A stretch of 32,000 bases of DNA from Candidatus Lokiarchaeum ossiferum (lineage in GTDB: Archaea > Asgardarchaeota > Lokiarchaeia > Sigyniarchaeales > Promethearchaeaceae), in NCBI GenBank assembly GCA_025839675.1, contig CP104013.1, positions 4,650,001 to 4,682,000 of the forward strand, in the 5' to 3' direction. The notes beneath the pieces were generated by a model, which saw only the letters and a program-made list of their open reading frames with translations, ran no database searches and was not told the DNA's origin. Shown piece by piece: positions 8,809 through 16,636 of the stretch. The stretch's first letter is position 1, and every line of letters starts with the position of its first letter. The translations under genes and the position numbers were made by a program.

Positions 8809-9365
8809 TTCGTTGGTTTCCACTTTTTTTTTCGAAATTGAGCGTTTGGTAAAGGGCGTGCTACATGGAGTTTTCCTTCTGTAAAAGGAATATTGGGAAA
8901 TTTTAAGATCAGATGGGATTGAAAATTTGTATTATCTTGATTTTTTAGAACTAATCCTTGATGATTCAAGTGATCAATCGTTTTTAGTATAAAATCGTCT
9001 TCTAAGCCTAATTCTGCTCCTTTAGATATAAGCATTTGGAAAGGAATTGCGTTGGGAAATACTGCAATGAGTTCTGTTATTAAATTTCCTAATAGATTAT
9101 ACTTATTCGTCATATTTGAGCTTGTCTCTGATTTTAAACGCGCAAGTCTTTGACCTATCTCACTTGGAGTTTTCATAGAGCGAACTAAATCCGAAGCTTC
9201 TTTCACAGACTCTGCTTTGGCAAAAACTTTTAGAGTTTGAACCTTCAAATGCGTTCCACAACGAGGGCACTTTCGGGATTTCTGATATTGGGAAACATAT
9301 TGTACTGTTCCACACTTAGTGCATTTTACAATTAGATATATCTTACAATTCCTCCGATAATTCAT
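8805..9365 (-). CDS. zinc-ribbon protein (DUF1922-like N-terminus) with a C-terminal winged-helix-like region
   Basis: 186 aa. The N-terminus KCTKCGTVQYVSQYQKSRKCPRCG is CxxC-x14-CxxC, followed by VFAKAESVKEASDLV, a pattern I recall from the archaeal DUF1922 zinc ribbon. The C-terminal half (...FILKTIDHLNHQGLVLKNQD) looks like a winged helix. Its stop overlaps the tldD start. Confidence 0.65.
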   Translation of the reverse strand: MNYRRNCKIYLIVKCTKCGTVQYVSQYQKSRKCPRCGTHLKVQTLKVFAKAESVKEASDLVRSMKTPSEIGQRLARLKSETSSNMTNKYNLLGNLITELIAVFPNAIPFQMLISKGAELGLEDDFILKTIDHLNHQGLVLKNQDNTNFQSHLILKFPNIPFTEGKLHVARPLPNAQFRKKKWKPTK

Positions 9366-9448
9366 CTAAGGTTTTATTAATCAAAAAATTTTGGAGAAAT
9401 AAAGAAATTAACAAAATTTTTCTCTTTTGGAAGTTTTTTTTACGTGTA

Positions 9449-9892
9449 ATGAAACGTAAAATTTCGGTTCCAAGATCAAGAGCTCCCTTATATGCAGTGA
9501 TGATCATCATTACGATCATCGCATTTATTTTTCTTGTTAGAGTGATTGGTAATAATGACCAATTTAATAATTCTCAAGTCAATGGAGAATATCAAGGAAC
9601 CGTCAATCTTCAAGGACAACCTCAAATTGAGTTGAATATAACTTTTGATGGGATCGGAGAACTCTTTGGATCAATTGAAATCAATAATCAAACTCTTGAG
9701 TTTCAGGAAAGTACTTATGCCAGTTTTGCTGGTCAAATCCACTTCTTCATTAATTTTCCCGAATCCGAGTTTTCTCTCACTTTCAATGGGACAGTGAGTT
9801 CAAATGCTTATTTATTAACTGGGGATGTTCTCTATATAGATTCTTCAGAAAATACTAACGAAGGATATTTTTATCTTTCAAAATTAAATTAA
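9449..9892 (+). CDS. hypothetical N-terminally anchored, beta-rich extracytoplasmic protein
   Basis: 147 aa. A basic N-terminus and a single TM/signal-anchor helix (LYAVMIIITIIAFIFLV) are followed by an Asn/Gln/Ser-rich sequence with alternating hydrophobic residues. Confidence 0.55.
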   Translation: MKRKISVPRSRAPLYAVMIIITIIAFIFLVRVIGNNDQFNNSQVNGEYQGTVNLQGQPQIELNITFDGIGELFGSIEINNQTLEFQESTYASFAGQIHFFINFPESEFSLTFNGTVSSNAYLLTGDVLYIDSSENTNEGYFYLSKLN

Positions 9893-9933
9893 ATTAATTC
9901 ATCTAAATAAACCAAAATGAAAATGTGAAAAAC

Positions 9934-11313
9934 ATGAGTGAATCTCGAATACATCCAATTGAAGGAAGATATCGAACTAAAGACATGGCAGCATTATTTA
10001 CTGATGGATCCAAGCTTTATCGTTGGTTACGTGTTGAATCTGCCTTATCTCAAGCCCATGCAGAACTTGGGCATCTTCCCAAAGAAGCATCGCAAGAAAT
10101 CTCTAGAAAAGCCAATTTAGAATATGTCAAAGTTGATCGTGTAAAAAAAATTGAAGCAGATATTCATCATGACTTGATGGCCATGGTTAGAGGTTTAACA
10201 GAACAATGTGAAGGTAACGCTGGTAAATATATCCATCTTGGGGCAACATCCTATGATATTGAAGATACTGCTACTGCAATTCAATTATCCCAGGCACTAA
10301 TTGTGCTTGAATCTTCCCTAATGCGAGTATTGAAAGCATTAGTAATGCAAGCTGAGAACAACAAAGCTCGAGTTTGTGTGGGGAGAACCCATGGGCAACA
10401 AGCTTTACCTACCACTTATGGAATGCGTTTTGCGATTTGGGCATCTGAAATTTCGCGTCATCTGGAACGCATTGTTCAAATAAAACCACGGATTGCAGTC
10501 GGAAAAATGTCTGGTGCTGTTGGTGCGATGGCATCTTTTGGGAAAGAAGGAATCAAAATTCAGCAATTAGTCATGGATATCTTGGCTCAAGAATTCAATC
10601 TTCCTCTGAAACCTGTTTTGATTGCAAATCAAGTAGTTCAGCGAGATCGGCATGCAGAAGTTCTAAATTTAACCGCTTTGGTTAGTGGAACGGTTGATAA
10701 AATAGCTCGGGAAATGCGCATCCTTCAACGAACCGAAATTGGTGAAATGTTTGAACCTTTTACAAAAAATCAGGTAGGAAGCTCTACTATGCCCCATAAG
10801 CGTAATCCTCATAAAGCAGAACGATTATGTTCTATCGCCCGTGTTTTAAAATCAAATATAATTATTGGGATCGATAATATAGGATTGGAAGATGAACGTG
10901 ATTTAACCAATTCTGCAAATGAACGCATGATTTATGCCGAAAATTTCATATTGTTAGATTACATGTTAACACAATTGGCTCAAATTTTGGAGGGACAAGA
11001 ATTTAATGATATAGCAATTCAACGAAATCTTGATTTCACCCATGGTGCCTTTTTAGCCGAAAAAATTATGGTTGAACTTGTATCCAAGGGAATCGGACGG
11101 CAAGATGGGCATGAGATCTTACGACAAACTGCTATAGAAGCTCGAAAAAGGAACTTACCTATGAAAGACATATTAATTGGCGATCCTCGTCTGGTTGGTA
11201 AATTCACAGAAAAGCAATTAGATGAAATGCTTGAACCCAAAAATTATATAGGTTTGGCAATTCCTCAAGTCGAAACTGTAATTACAAAATTGAAAAAGCA
11301 ATATTTTCTCTAA
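9934..11313 (+). CDS. purB: adenylosuccinate lyase
   Basis: It has the fumarate-lyase signature GSSTMPHKRNP, plus the TSYDIEDTA and GRTHGQQALPTT blocks. The track start is GTG 9925. An in-frame ATG at 9934 gives MSESRIHPIEGRY, the usual PurB N-terminus. Confidence 0.9.
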   Translation: MSESRIHPIEGRYRTKDMAALFTDGSKLYRWLRVESALSQAHAELGHLPKEASQEISRKANLEYVKVDRVKKIEADIHHDLMAMVRGLTEQCEGNAGKYIHLGATSYDIEDTATAIQLSQALIVLESSLMRVLKALVMQAENNKARVCVGRTHGQQALPTTYGMRFAIWASEISRHLERIVQIKPRIAVGKMSGAVGAMASFGKEGIKIQQLVMDILAQEFNLPLKPVLIANQVVQRDRHAEVLNLTALVSGTVDKIAREMRILQRTEIGEMFEPFTKNQVGSSTMPHKRNPHKAERLCSIARVLKSNIIIGIDNIGLEDERDLTNSANERMIYAENFILLDYMLTQLAQILEGQEFNDIAIQRNLDFTHGAFLAEKIMVELVSKGIGRQDGHEILRQTAIEARKRNLPMKDILIGDPRLVGKFTEKQLDEMLEPKNYIGLAIPQVETVITKLKKQYFL

Positions 11314-11356
11314 TCTTTTTTAAAAATCTACTTAATCTCCCACATAGTTGAATCTT

Positions 11357-12544
11357 ATGACTCCAAATGAAAAACCCTCTTATGAAGCTCTGGGCGTCTC
11401 TTCCCAGAAAGAAGATGTTCACTCCGCCCTAAAAAATATTGACCAAGGTCTTTATCCTGATGCATTTTGTAAAATAATTCCTGATATTGCGCTTGATCCA
11501 GCTTATTGTTCTCTAGTTCATGCGGATGGTGCTGGAACCAAGTCCGCTTTAGCTTATATGATGTATAAGGAAACTGGTAATCTAAAATATTTTCAAGGAA
11601 TTGTCCAAGATTCGGTGGTGATGAATGTAGATGACGTGCTTTGTGTGGGGGCAAATAGTCAGTTTTTACTATCTAACACAATAGGAAGAAATAAGAAATT
11701 AATCTCAGGAGAGATTATTTCCACCATTATTCAAGCCTATGAACATTTTATCCATAAATTACAAAGTTTTGGCTTGCCCATCTCCACTTGTGGGGGGGAG
11801 ACTGCAGATGTTGGTGATTTAGTACGTACTTTGATCGTAGATAGCACTCTTGTTGCACGAATGAAAAGATCTGATGTGATTCATCCGGGTAATATTTGTA
11901 AGGGTGATGTTATTGTTGGCTTTAGTAGCTTTGGAAAAAGCACATATGAAGATCTTCCGTATAATAGTGGGATGGGGAGTAATGGATTAACTCTGGCTCG
12001 GCATGGTGTGTTAAATCATCAATATTATGAAAAATATCCCGAATGTTTTAGTCCTGAAATTGATGAGAAATGGGTCTTTTTTGGTGAGCATTCCTTGCAT
12101 GATTCTGTCCCTGGGACTCCTTTAACCGTCGGAGAAGCAATTCTTTCTCCCACTCGAACTTTTACTCCAATTTTGATGGATCTTTTTCAACAAGATCACC
12201 ATCAAATTCACACTATCTTCCATAATACTGGTGGCGGTCAAACTAAATGTATGAAATTTGGAAGAGGATTTCACTATATCAAGGATAATATGTTTGAAAT
12301 TCCACCATTTTTCAAATTGATCCAAGAATCCTCAAATACTCCTTGGGATGAGATGCATCGAGTATTTAATATGGGGCATCGCATGGAAATTATTTGTGCG
12401 GAAGAGTATGCTAAGGACATTGTTATCCCTGCAACACGAAAATATGGTGTTGAATCGAAAATCGTAGGTCACGTTGAGCTTAACTCCGATCCCACTAAAA
12501 ATAGGCTCGATATTATAAACTCAAAAGGGACATACAATTATTAA
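11357..12544 (+). CDS. purM: phosphoribosylformylglycinamidine cyclo-ligase (AIR synthase), long divergent form
   Basis: PurM-family blocks are present: HADGAGTKS, CGGETADVGD, GSNGLTLARH, HNTGGGQTK and FNMGHRME. It lies directly downstream of purB on the same strand. The track start is TTG 11348, and I prefer the in-frame ATG at 11357. Confidence 0.75.
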   Translation: MTPNEKPSYEALGVSSQKEDVHSALKNIDQGLYPDAFCKIIPDIALDPAYCSLVHADGAGTKSALAYMMYKETGNLKYFQGIVQDSVVMNVDDVLCVGANSQFLLSNTIGRNKKLISGEIISTIIQAYEHFIHKLQSFGLPISTCGGETADVGDLVRTLIVDSTLVARMKRSDVIHPGNICKGDVIVGFSSFGKSTYEDLPYNSGMGSNGLTLARHGVLNHQYYEKYPECFSPEIDEKWVFFGEHSLHDSVPGTPLTVGEAILSPTRTFTPILMDLFQQDHHQIHTIFHNTGGGQTKCMKFGRGFHYIKDNMFEIPPFFKLIQESSNTPWDEMHRVFNMGHRMEIICAEEYAKDIVIPATRKYGVESKIVGHVELNSDPTKNRLDIINSKGTYNY

Positions 12545-12566
12545 TAAATGTAGGATTCGATGAGAA

Positions 12567-13601
12567 ATGAGCGCAGAATTGAGTGGACGTATTCGATTTT
12601 TTTTGATGGTCTTGTTTTCTGGCATTTTAAATGTCATAATATATTTCATCTTACGATTTTTCGTAGACTTGTTCTCTTTATCTCTGGTTTATGAATATAC
12701 TTTACTGCGATTACTTCATATGGGTGGATCTATCTTTTCAATTTTTATGGGAGTTCTTATCACCAACTATTTTATACCCGAAACAACCGTTGTGAACAAT
12801 CCGAATTCGTTAAGTCTAGATAGACCAGTAGTAAGCACCCAAAAAATTTCGCAGAGTTTATTTGATGGGTTCAATTTTCAGAATTTGCTTTCACAATTAA
12901 AAATTGCTTTGATTTTGCTTTCTTGTATTTATGTCCCCCTCGATTTTCTCAGTTATCTTATTCCAGGGGTCCTTGAATTTACAGCCAATTCATTGGATGC
13001 AACAAATTCTGACAATTACTTCTTGCTTGATTCCGCCATCAATATGCTCATTTTTACTGCGATCATTCATTTCAGCATTGCCGTGAGGGAAGAATTCATT
13101 TACAGAGAGTTTTTTATTTCGATGGGGGAAGAACATGTGCAAAAAGGGACTGCTTTTTTATATAGCGCGATTCTCTTTGGATTGGCACATGTGAATTATA
13201 TTTTTGATCCCGCTAATAAAGGTCTCTCACCTCTTTATCCAATTTGGTGGGGGATTAATGCTTTAATTATTGGATTTGTGTCTTCTTATCAGTTTTCTAA
13301 GAAAAAACAAATATTTCCCTTAATTTTAGCTCATTGGATCAATAATCTTCTGTCGGCAGTAGTTGTTCGAAATCATATCCTTGAAATCCCTTTCTGGAGT
13401 GAAACGTTCTTTTATATCTATTTACCATTTTTCATTCTAGGTATAATACTAATCTTTATTACTCGGAAATCGATAAAAGGAGAGTATTCTCAATTCTTTT
13501 CTTTATTCAAAGCCTATAAGATTGAAAATCCTGATAAAAAATATTATGCCATCGATGCTTTAATGATTATTCTCTTATGGCTCGTTTCATTTTTATTTTA
13601 A
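12567..13601 (+). CDS. CPBP-family (CAAX/Abi) intramembrane glutamic protease
   Basis: 344-aa polytopic ORF. All three CPBP motifs occur in order: REEFIYREF (EExxxR), FGLAHVNY (FxxxH) and AHWINNLL (HxxxN). Confidence 0.8.
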   Translation: MSAELSGRIRFFLMVLFSGILNVIIYFILRFFVDLFSLSLVYEYTLLRLLHMGGSIFSIFMGVLITNYFIPETTVVNNPNSLSLDRPVVSTQKISQSLFDGFNFQNLLSQLKIALILLSCIYVPLDFLSYLIPGVLEFTANSLDATNSDNYFLLDSAINMLIFTAIIHFSIAVREEFIYREFFISMGEEHVQKGTAFLYSAILFGLAHVNYIFDPANKGLSPLYPIWWGINALIIGFVSSYQFSKKKQIFPLILAHWINNLLSAVVVRNHILEIPFWSETFFYIYLPFFILGIILIFITRKSIKGEYSQFFSLFKAYKIENPDKKYYAIDALMIILLWLVSFLF

Positions 13602-13619
13602 ACTTGGAGTGAAACGATA

Positions 13620-14129
13620 ATGGATATTGGAATTTTAAGCGATTCGCATTTGTCTGATGAAAATATGGGTGGATCTTCTTATAAGACATTTTTCTATACT
13701 CTTCAATCTCTCTTTCATGAAGTTGATCATATTATTCATGCTGGAGATATCACGTCTCCTCGATTTTTAGAAGATCTAAGTAAAATTGCGCCTGTAAGTT
13801 ATATTCGAGGAAATATGGATTATGAGCATCCAAAGTGGCCGCGAAAATTACTCCTAAATTTTGAAGGTATCTCAATTGGAGTTGTTCATCGTATTGAAGA
13901 TATTGGTTACTTTGATCCTATACCTCAGGTAATCATTTATGGACACACACATATCGCAGAAATTAAAGAAAGTAAAATGGGGTGTTTTCTCATTAATCCC
14001 GGATCGGTCACCCAACCTAGACCTCGATCTCGAATAAGGAACTTTCTTGAAGAAACAGAGTTAAAACCATCCGTCGGTATATTATCTCTAAATGAAGGGT
14101 TAATCTCCGCATTTATCAAACAATTTTAA
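13620..14129 (+). CDS. YfcE/MJ0936-family metallophosphoesterase
   Basis: 169 aa. The calcineurin-like motifs occur in order: LSDSH (DxH), HAGD (GD), RGNMD (GNxD), YGHTH (GHxH) and INPGS. Confidence 0.85.
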   Translation: MDIGILSDSHLSDENMGGSSYKTFFYTLQSLFHEVDHIIHAGDITSPRFLEDLSKIAPVSYIRGNMDYEHPKWPRKLLLNFEGISIGVVHRIEDIGYFDPIPQVIIYGHTHIAEIKESKMGCFLINPGSVTQPRPRSRIRNFLEETELKPSVGILSLNEGLISAFIKQF

Positions 14130-14164
14130 ATGGTTGAAATATGCTAAGGAAAAAATAATGAATT

Positions 14165-14722
14165 TTATGCGTCTTCTATTTGTTTTTGGAATTTTATCAC
14201 TAGATCCGTTGCCATCGTGGTAAATACATCCTGGACATTAGAGTCTTCTTCTTCTAAATTCATTTTGGCGCTTACTAGGCGAATCGGGGTTTTGATCCTT
14301 TTCTCCATCTTCTTTATCTCCGCTTCGGAGATCGCCATCGGTAAATCTGTTTTGTTGCCAACAATGATTCTTAAGGCATCCTTCGCCACTTTATCGGCAA
14401 ATTGAATCCAATCTGGGAGTGCTTCAAAGCTTTCTTTGTCTGAAATATCAAATACGATAATTATTCCCGCTGATCCTTCACAATAAATAGATGCTACATC
14501 CTTAAAATGTGATTGACCTGCCATATCCCAGAGTACAAGATTAAATGAGTCATTTCCTTTTAATATACCAATGTCATCACGGGTATAATTTTTATCAACA
14601 AAATCCGCTCCTAAGGTGGTCATGTATTCTTCAGAAAACGTGTTATTAATATATCGTAAAATTAAGCTTGTTTTACCGACACGTTCATTGCCAATTAATG
14701 ATACTTTACATTTGAATTCCAT
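14165..14722 (-). CDS. Ras-superfamily small GTPase, Rab-like
   Basis: 185 aa with all five G boxes: G1 GNERVGKTS, G2 YMTTLGADF (similar to the Rab YxxTIGxDF), G3 WDMAGQ, G4 GNKTD and G5 VSAK. There is no C-terminal Cys prenylation motif (it ends QIEDA). Confidence 0.9.
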   Translation of the reverse strand: MEFKCKVSLIGNERVGKTSLILRYINNTFSEEYMTTLGADFVDKNYTRDDIGILKGNDSFNLVLWDMAGQSHFKDVASIYCEGSAGIIIVFDISDKESFEALPDWIQFADKVAKDALRIIVGNKTDLPMAISEAEIKKMEKRIKTPIRLVSAKMNLEEEDSNVQDVFTTMATDLVIKFQKQIEDA

Positions 14723-14794
14723 ATTTTTTCCCTATTTTATGATATTAGTAATTTTCTTCAAAAATAATTTATAGATAAGTATTTTTATTCGTGT

Positions 14795-15631
14795 TTATTG
14801 TTCCTTTTTTTTAAACATAACTTTTTGACAAAGATGTGAATAAACCCACAGACACATATGTTGAAATCCGATTAGTTGTTCATCGGATGCATTTTCCATG
14901 AAGATTCCGTAAGCATAATTTGGTTTCGGAGTCATATTCGATAGAAATGTTTGAATGAATGTTTTTTCAGTTAAATAAAGTCCAAACGGAAGAATTGAAC
15001 CTGCATTCCATCGATAAACTTCAATATTTGAATGAAAAAGTTGATTGATAATTCCCCTTTGTTCACGCGATTCCTTCAAGATTTTCATCGCCACTCTAAT
15101 TGAAAAGGATGGATTGGTTCGGCGTTTTTCGAGCAGAAGATCTGCGATGTTTTCTAATTCTCGAATCGATGGTGCCGAATTATCCAAGGTTAAGATAATC
15201 ATGCAATATTTTTCCGCATCTTCCAAAAATTGCTTAAATTGCTTTCGAATCTTTCCTTCCCCTTGGATACTCCATACCGAATTATTTTCGGTAGGTTTAA
15301 CATACTTAATATTTTTTAACTGCTTTTCTAAATTTTCAGCAAGTTTGATTTTATTTTTTAATCGATTTCTAATTTGTCCAAAAACTTTTTCTGGTGGAAT
15401 TGCCCGATATCTCGGAGCTCTTGGTACGGGTTCTTCTTCGACAATATCCCGTTTAACAAGGCGTTTCAATGAGTCATAGACTCGTGCCCGATCTACTTGG
15501 CTTTTTTCTGAAATTTTTGCAGGACTCGACAGTCCAATCATAAGTAAGGTTGTATAAATTCTTGAGTCATTAACTGTGAAAGATCCCAATTTCTGAAGAT
15601 TTTTATTAATGCTTCTAAATTGATCTTCCAT
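14795..15631 (-). CDS. TrmB-family transcriptional regulator
   Basis: 278 aa. The N-terminal winged HTH (SRIYTTLLMIGLSSPAKISEKSQVDRARVYDSLKRLVKRDIVEEE) is typical of the TrmB N-terminal domain. A coiled linker and a roughly 150-aa C-terminal domain follow. Confidence 0.75.
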   Translation of the reverse strand: MEDQFRSINKNLQKLGSFTVNDSRIYTTLLMIGLSSPAKISEKSQVDRARVYDSLKRLVKRDIVEEEPVPRAPRYRAIPPEKVFGQIRNRLKNKIKLAENLEKQLKNIKYVKPTENNSVWSIQGEGKIRKQFKQFLEDAEKYCMIILTLDNSAPSIRELENIADLLLEKRRTNPSFSIRVAMKILKESREQRGIINQLFHSNIEVYRWNAGSILPFGLYLTEKTFIQTFLSNMTPKPNYAYGIFMENASDEQLIGFQHMCLWVYSHLCQKVMFKKKEQ

Positions 15632-15712
15632 TTCCGTTAAATCTGACTCACTATCATAATTTTCTTCAGAGATGATTATTCCCCCTCAATTTTATAATAT
15701 TTTTTCGAGGTG

Positions 15713-15743
15713 TACTTTGACGTTACTTTGCAGTAACTACTTG
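15713..15743. promoter_or_regulatory. candidate TrmB-type operator: GTTACT-N4-AGTAAC palindrome within TACTTTG repeats
   Basis: GTTACT (15722-15727), ttgc, AGTAAC (15732-15737). TACTTTG occurs at 15713-15719 and 15724-15730, and TACTTG at 15738-15743. The site is about 100 nt upstream of the TrmB-family gene ATG, in the 235-nt divergent intergenic region. Confidence 0.3.
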
Positions 15744-15872
15744 TTGTTGTTCCTAAATTAAAAAAATTTCTATCTTCGTTTAATGAAAATAATTGTTTAG
15801 GAGATTTTGTCCTTTTGTTTTGAAAACTAATGAGATCTTTTTTAATATTTTCAACACATCATATAGTTGACG

Positions 15873-16352
15873 ATGGATTCAGTTATCATTAAATGGTCCG
15901 AACTTAATCAAAAATTTTTGAAAAATCCTAAAAACTATTTGGAATATTTGAATCAAGATCAAAAAGATCCCAGAGTATATATGGAGTATGTCGAAGATGG
16001 TATTTTGTTTGTATATCAGAATGCTGAGGTTTTCATTGATGTCATGACATCGGTTACTGCAGAAGTTGCTGAAAATATCCATAAGTATGACCTTCCAGAT
16101 GAAAATTTCTTCGAAGATATGTTCATCTCTCGAAGCGAATTTCCTTCGGAAGGATTAACGTGTAAAATAGAAGTAATAACCGGGAATGCAAAAACTTATT
16201 TTCCCGTGCTTTCAGATTTTGTTCATTTTCTTATGCCTGAATCAATTTTGAAATTTTCAAAAACAAATTATTTGGAGCTGTTCCTACCAAATTTTGAGAT
16301 GTTGCAGATGTATTCAAAGTCTCTATACATTCGTTTTTTTCTAAAAAAATGA
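15873..16352 (+). CDS. hypothetical protein
   Basis: The track ORF starts at TTG 15867. The in-frame ATG at 15873 gives a 159-aa acidic protein with no recognisable motif. It is divergent from the TrmB-family gene. Confidence 0.45.
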   Translation: MDSVIIKWSELNQKFLKNPKNYLEYLNQDQKDPRVYMEYVEDGILFVYQNAEVFIDVMTSVTAEVAENIHKYDLPDENFFEDMFISRSEFPSEGLTCKIEVITGNAKTYFPVLSDFVHFLMPESILKFSKTNYLELFLPNFEMLQMYSKSLYIRFFLKK

Positions 16353-16440
16353 AACGTTGTTCACATTAATTAAACCCTTAATTTTTTGTCGGTGTAGGAT
16401 GATAGTTACCTTTATAAGTATGGATTTTTTAATAAGGATT

Positions 16441-16510
16441 GGAGAAGCGGAAGCTACTTCGTGGGAAGAGTGATTCTCAGTGGGGCCTGGGTTTCACAGA
16501 GTTTCTTCCC
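16441..16510 (+). ncRNA. candidate structured RNA element (two adjacent hairpins); may be a terminator
   Basis: 38 of 70 nt are G/C, in an otherwise AT-rich non-coding gap. Hairpin 1 (16441-16460) pairs GGAGAAGC with GCTACTTC, with one A-A mismatch, and is capped by a GGAA tetraloop. Hairpin 2 (16463-16510) has an outer stem GGGAAGA/TCTTCCC and an inner stem CTCAGTG/CACAGAG with one A-A mismatch. ATTTTTA follows. The G-U pair and the GNRA loop favour the + strand. Confidence 0.25.
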
Positions 16511-16636
16511 ATTTTTACCTCTCTTTTATTAACCAGCATAATTCAGCAATGTTGTTTATTATAGAAAAAAAAACCCCATAGAGGAAAGATACTGAAAATT
16601 TTATCTAATTTTTGGTATCAGAATTAACTGTTATTT

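Noticed and set aside
13620-14722. An MJ0936/Vps29-fold phosphoesterase lies convergent with the Rab-like GTPase. This raised a tempting retromer-like (Vps29/Rab7) link.
   Set aside because: The phosphoesterase retains the metal-binding motifs typical of ordinary prokaryotic YfcE/MJ0936 enzymes. The genes are convergent, so they are not an operon. The family is ubiquitous in archaea. Adjacency alone does not support a trafficking module.
16395-16410. Possible C/D-box sRNA, from the C-box-like GGATGATAG.
   Set aside because: The sequence is GAUGAUA rather than RUGAUGA. No properly spaced D box (CUGA) or terminal stem lies within 50-70 nt. The nearest CTGA is about 190 nt away.
16463-16510. 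Possible tRNA or tRNA-like gene, suggested by a 7-bp acceptor-like stem (GGGAAGA/TCTTCCC) followed by an unpaired A.
   Set aside because: It is only 48 nt long. There is no D-arm and no anticodon arm, and no GTTCRANYC-type T-loop. I kept it only as a generic structured-RNA/terminator candidate.
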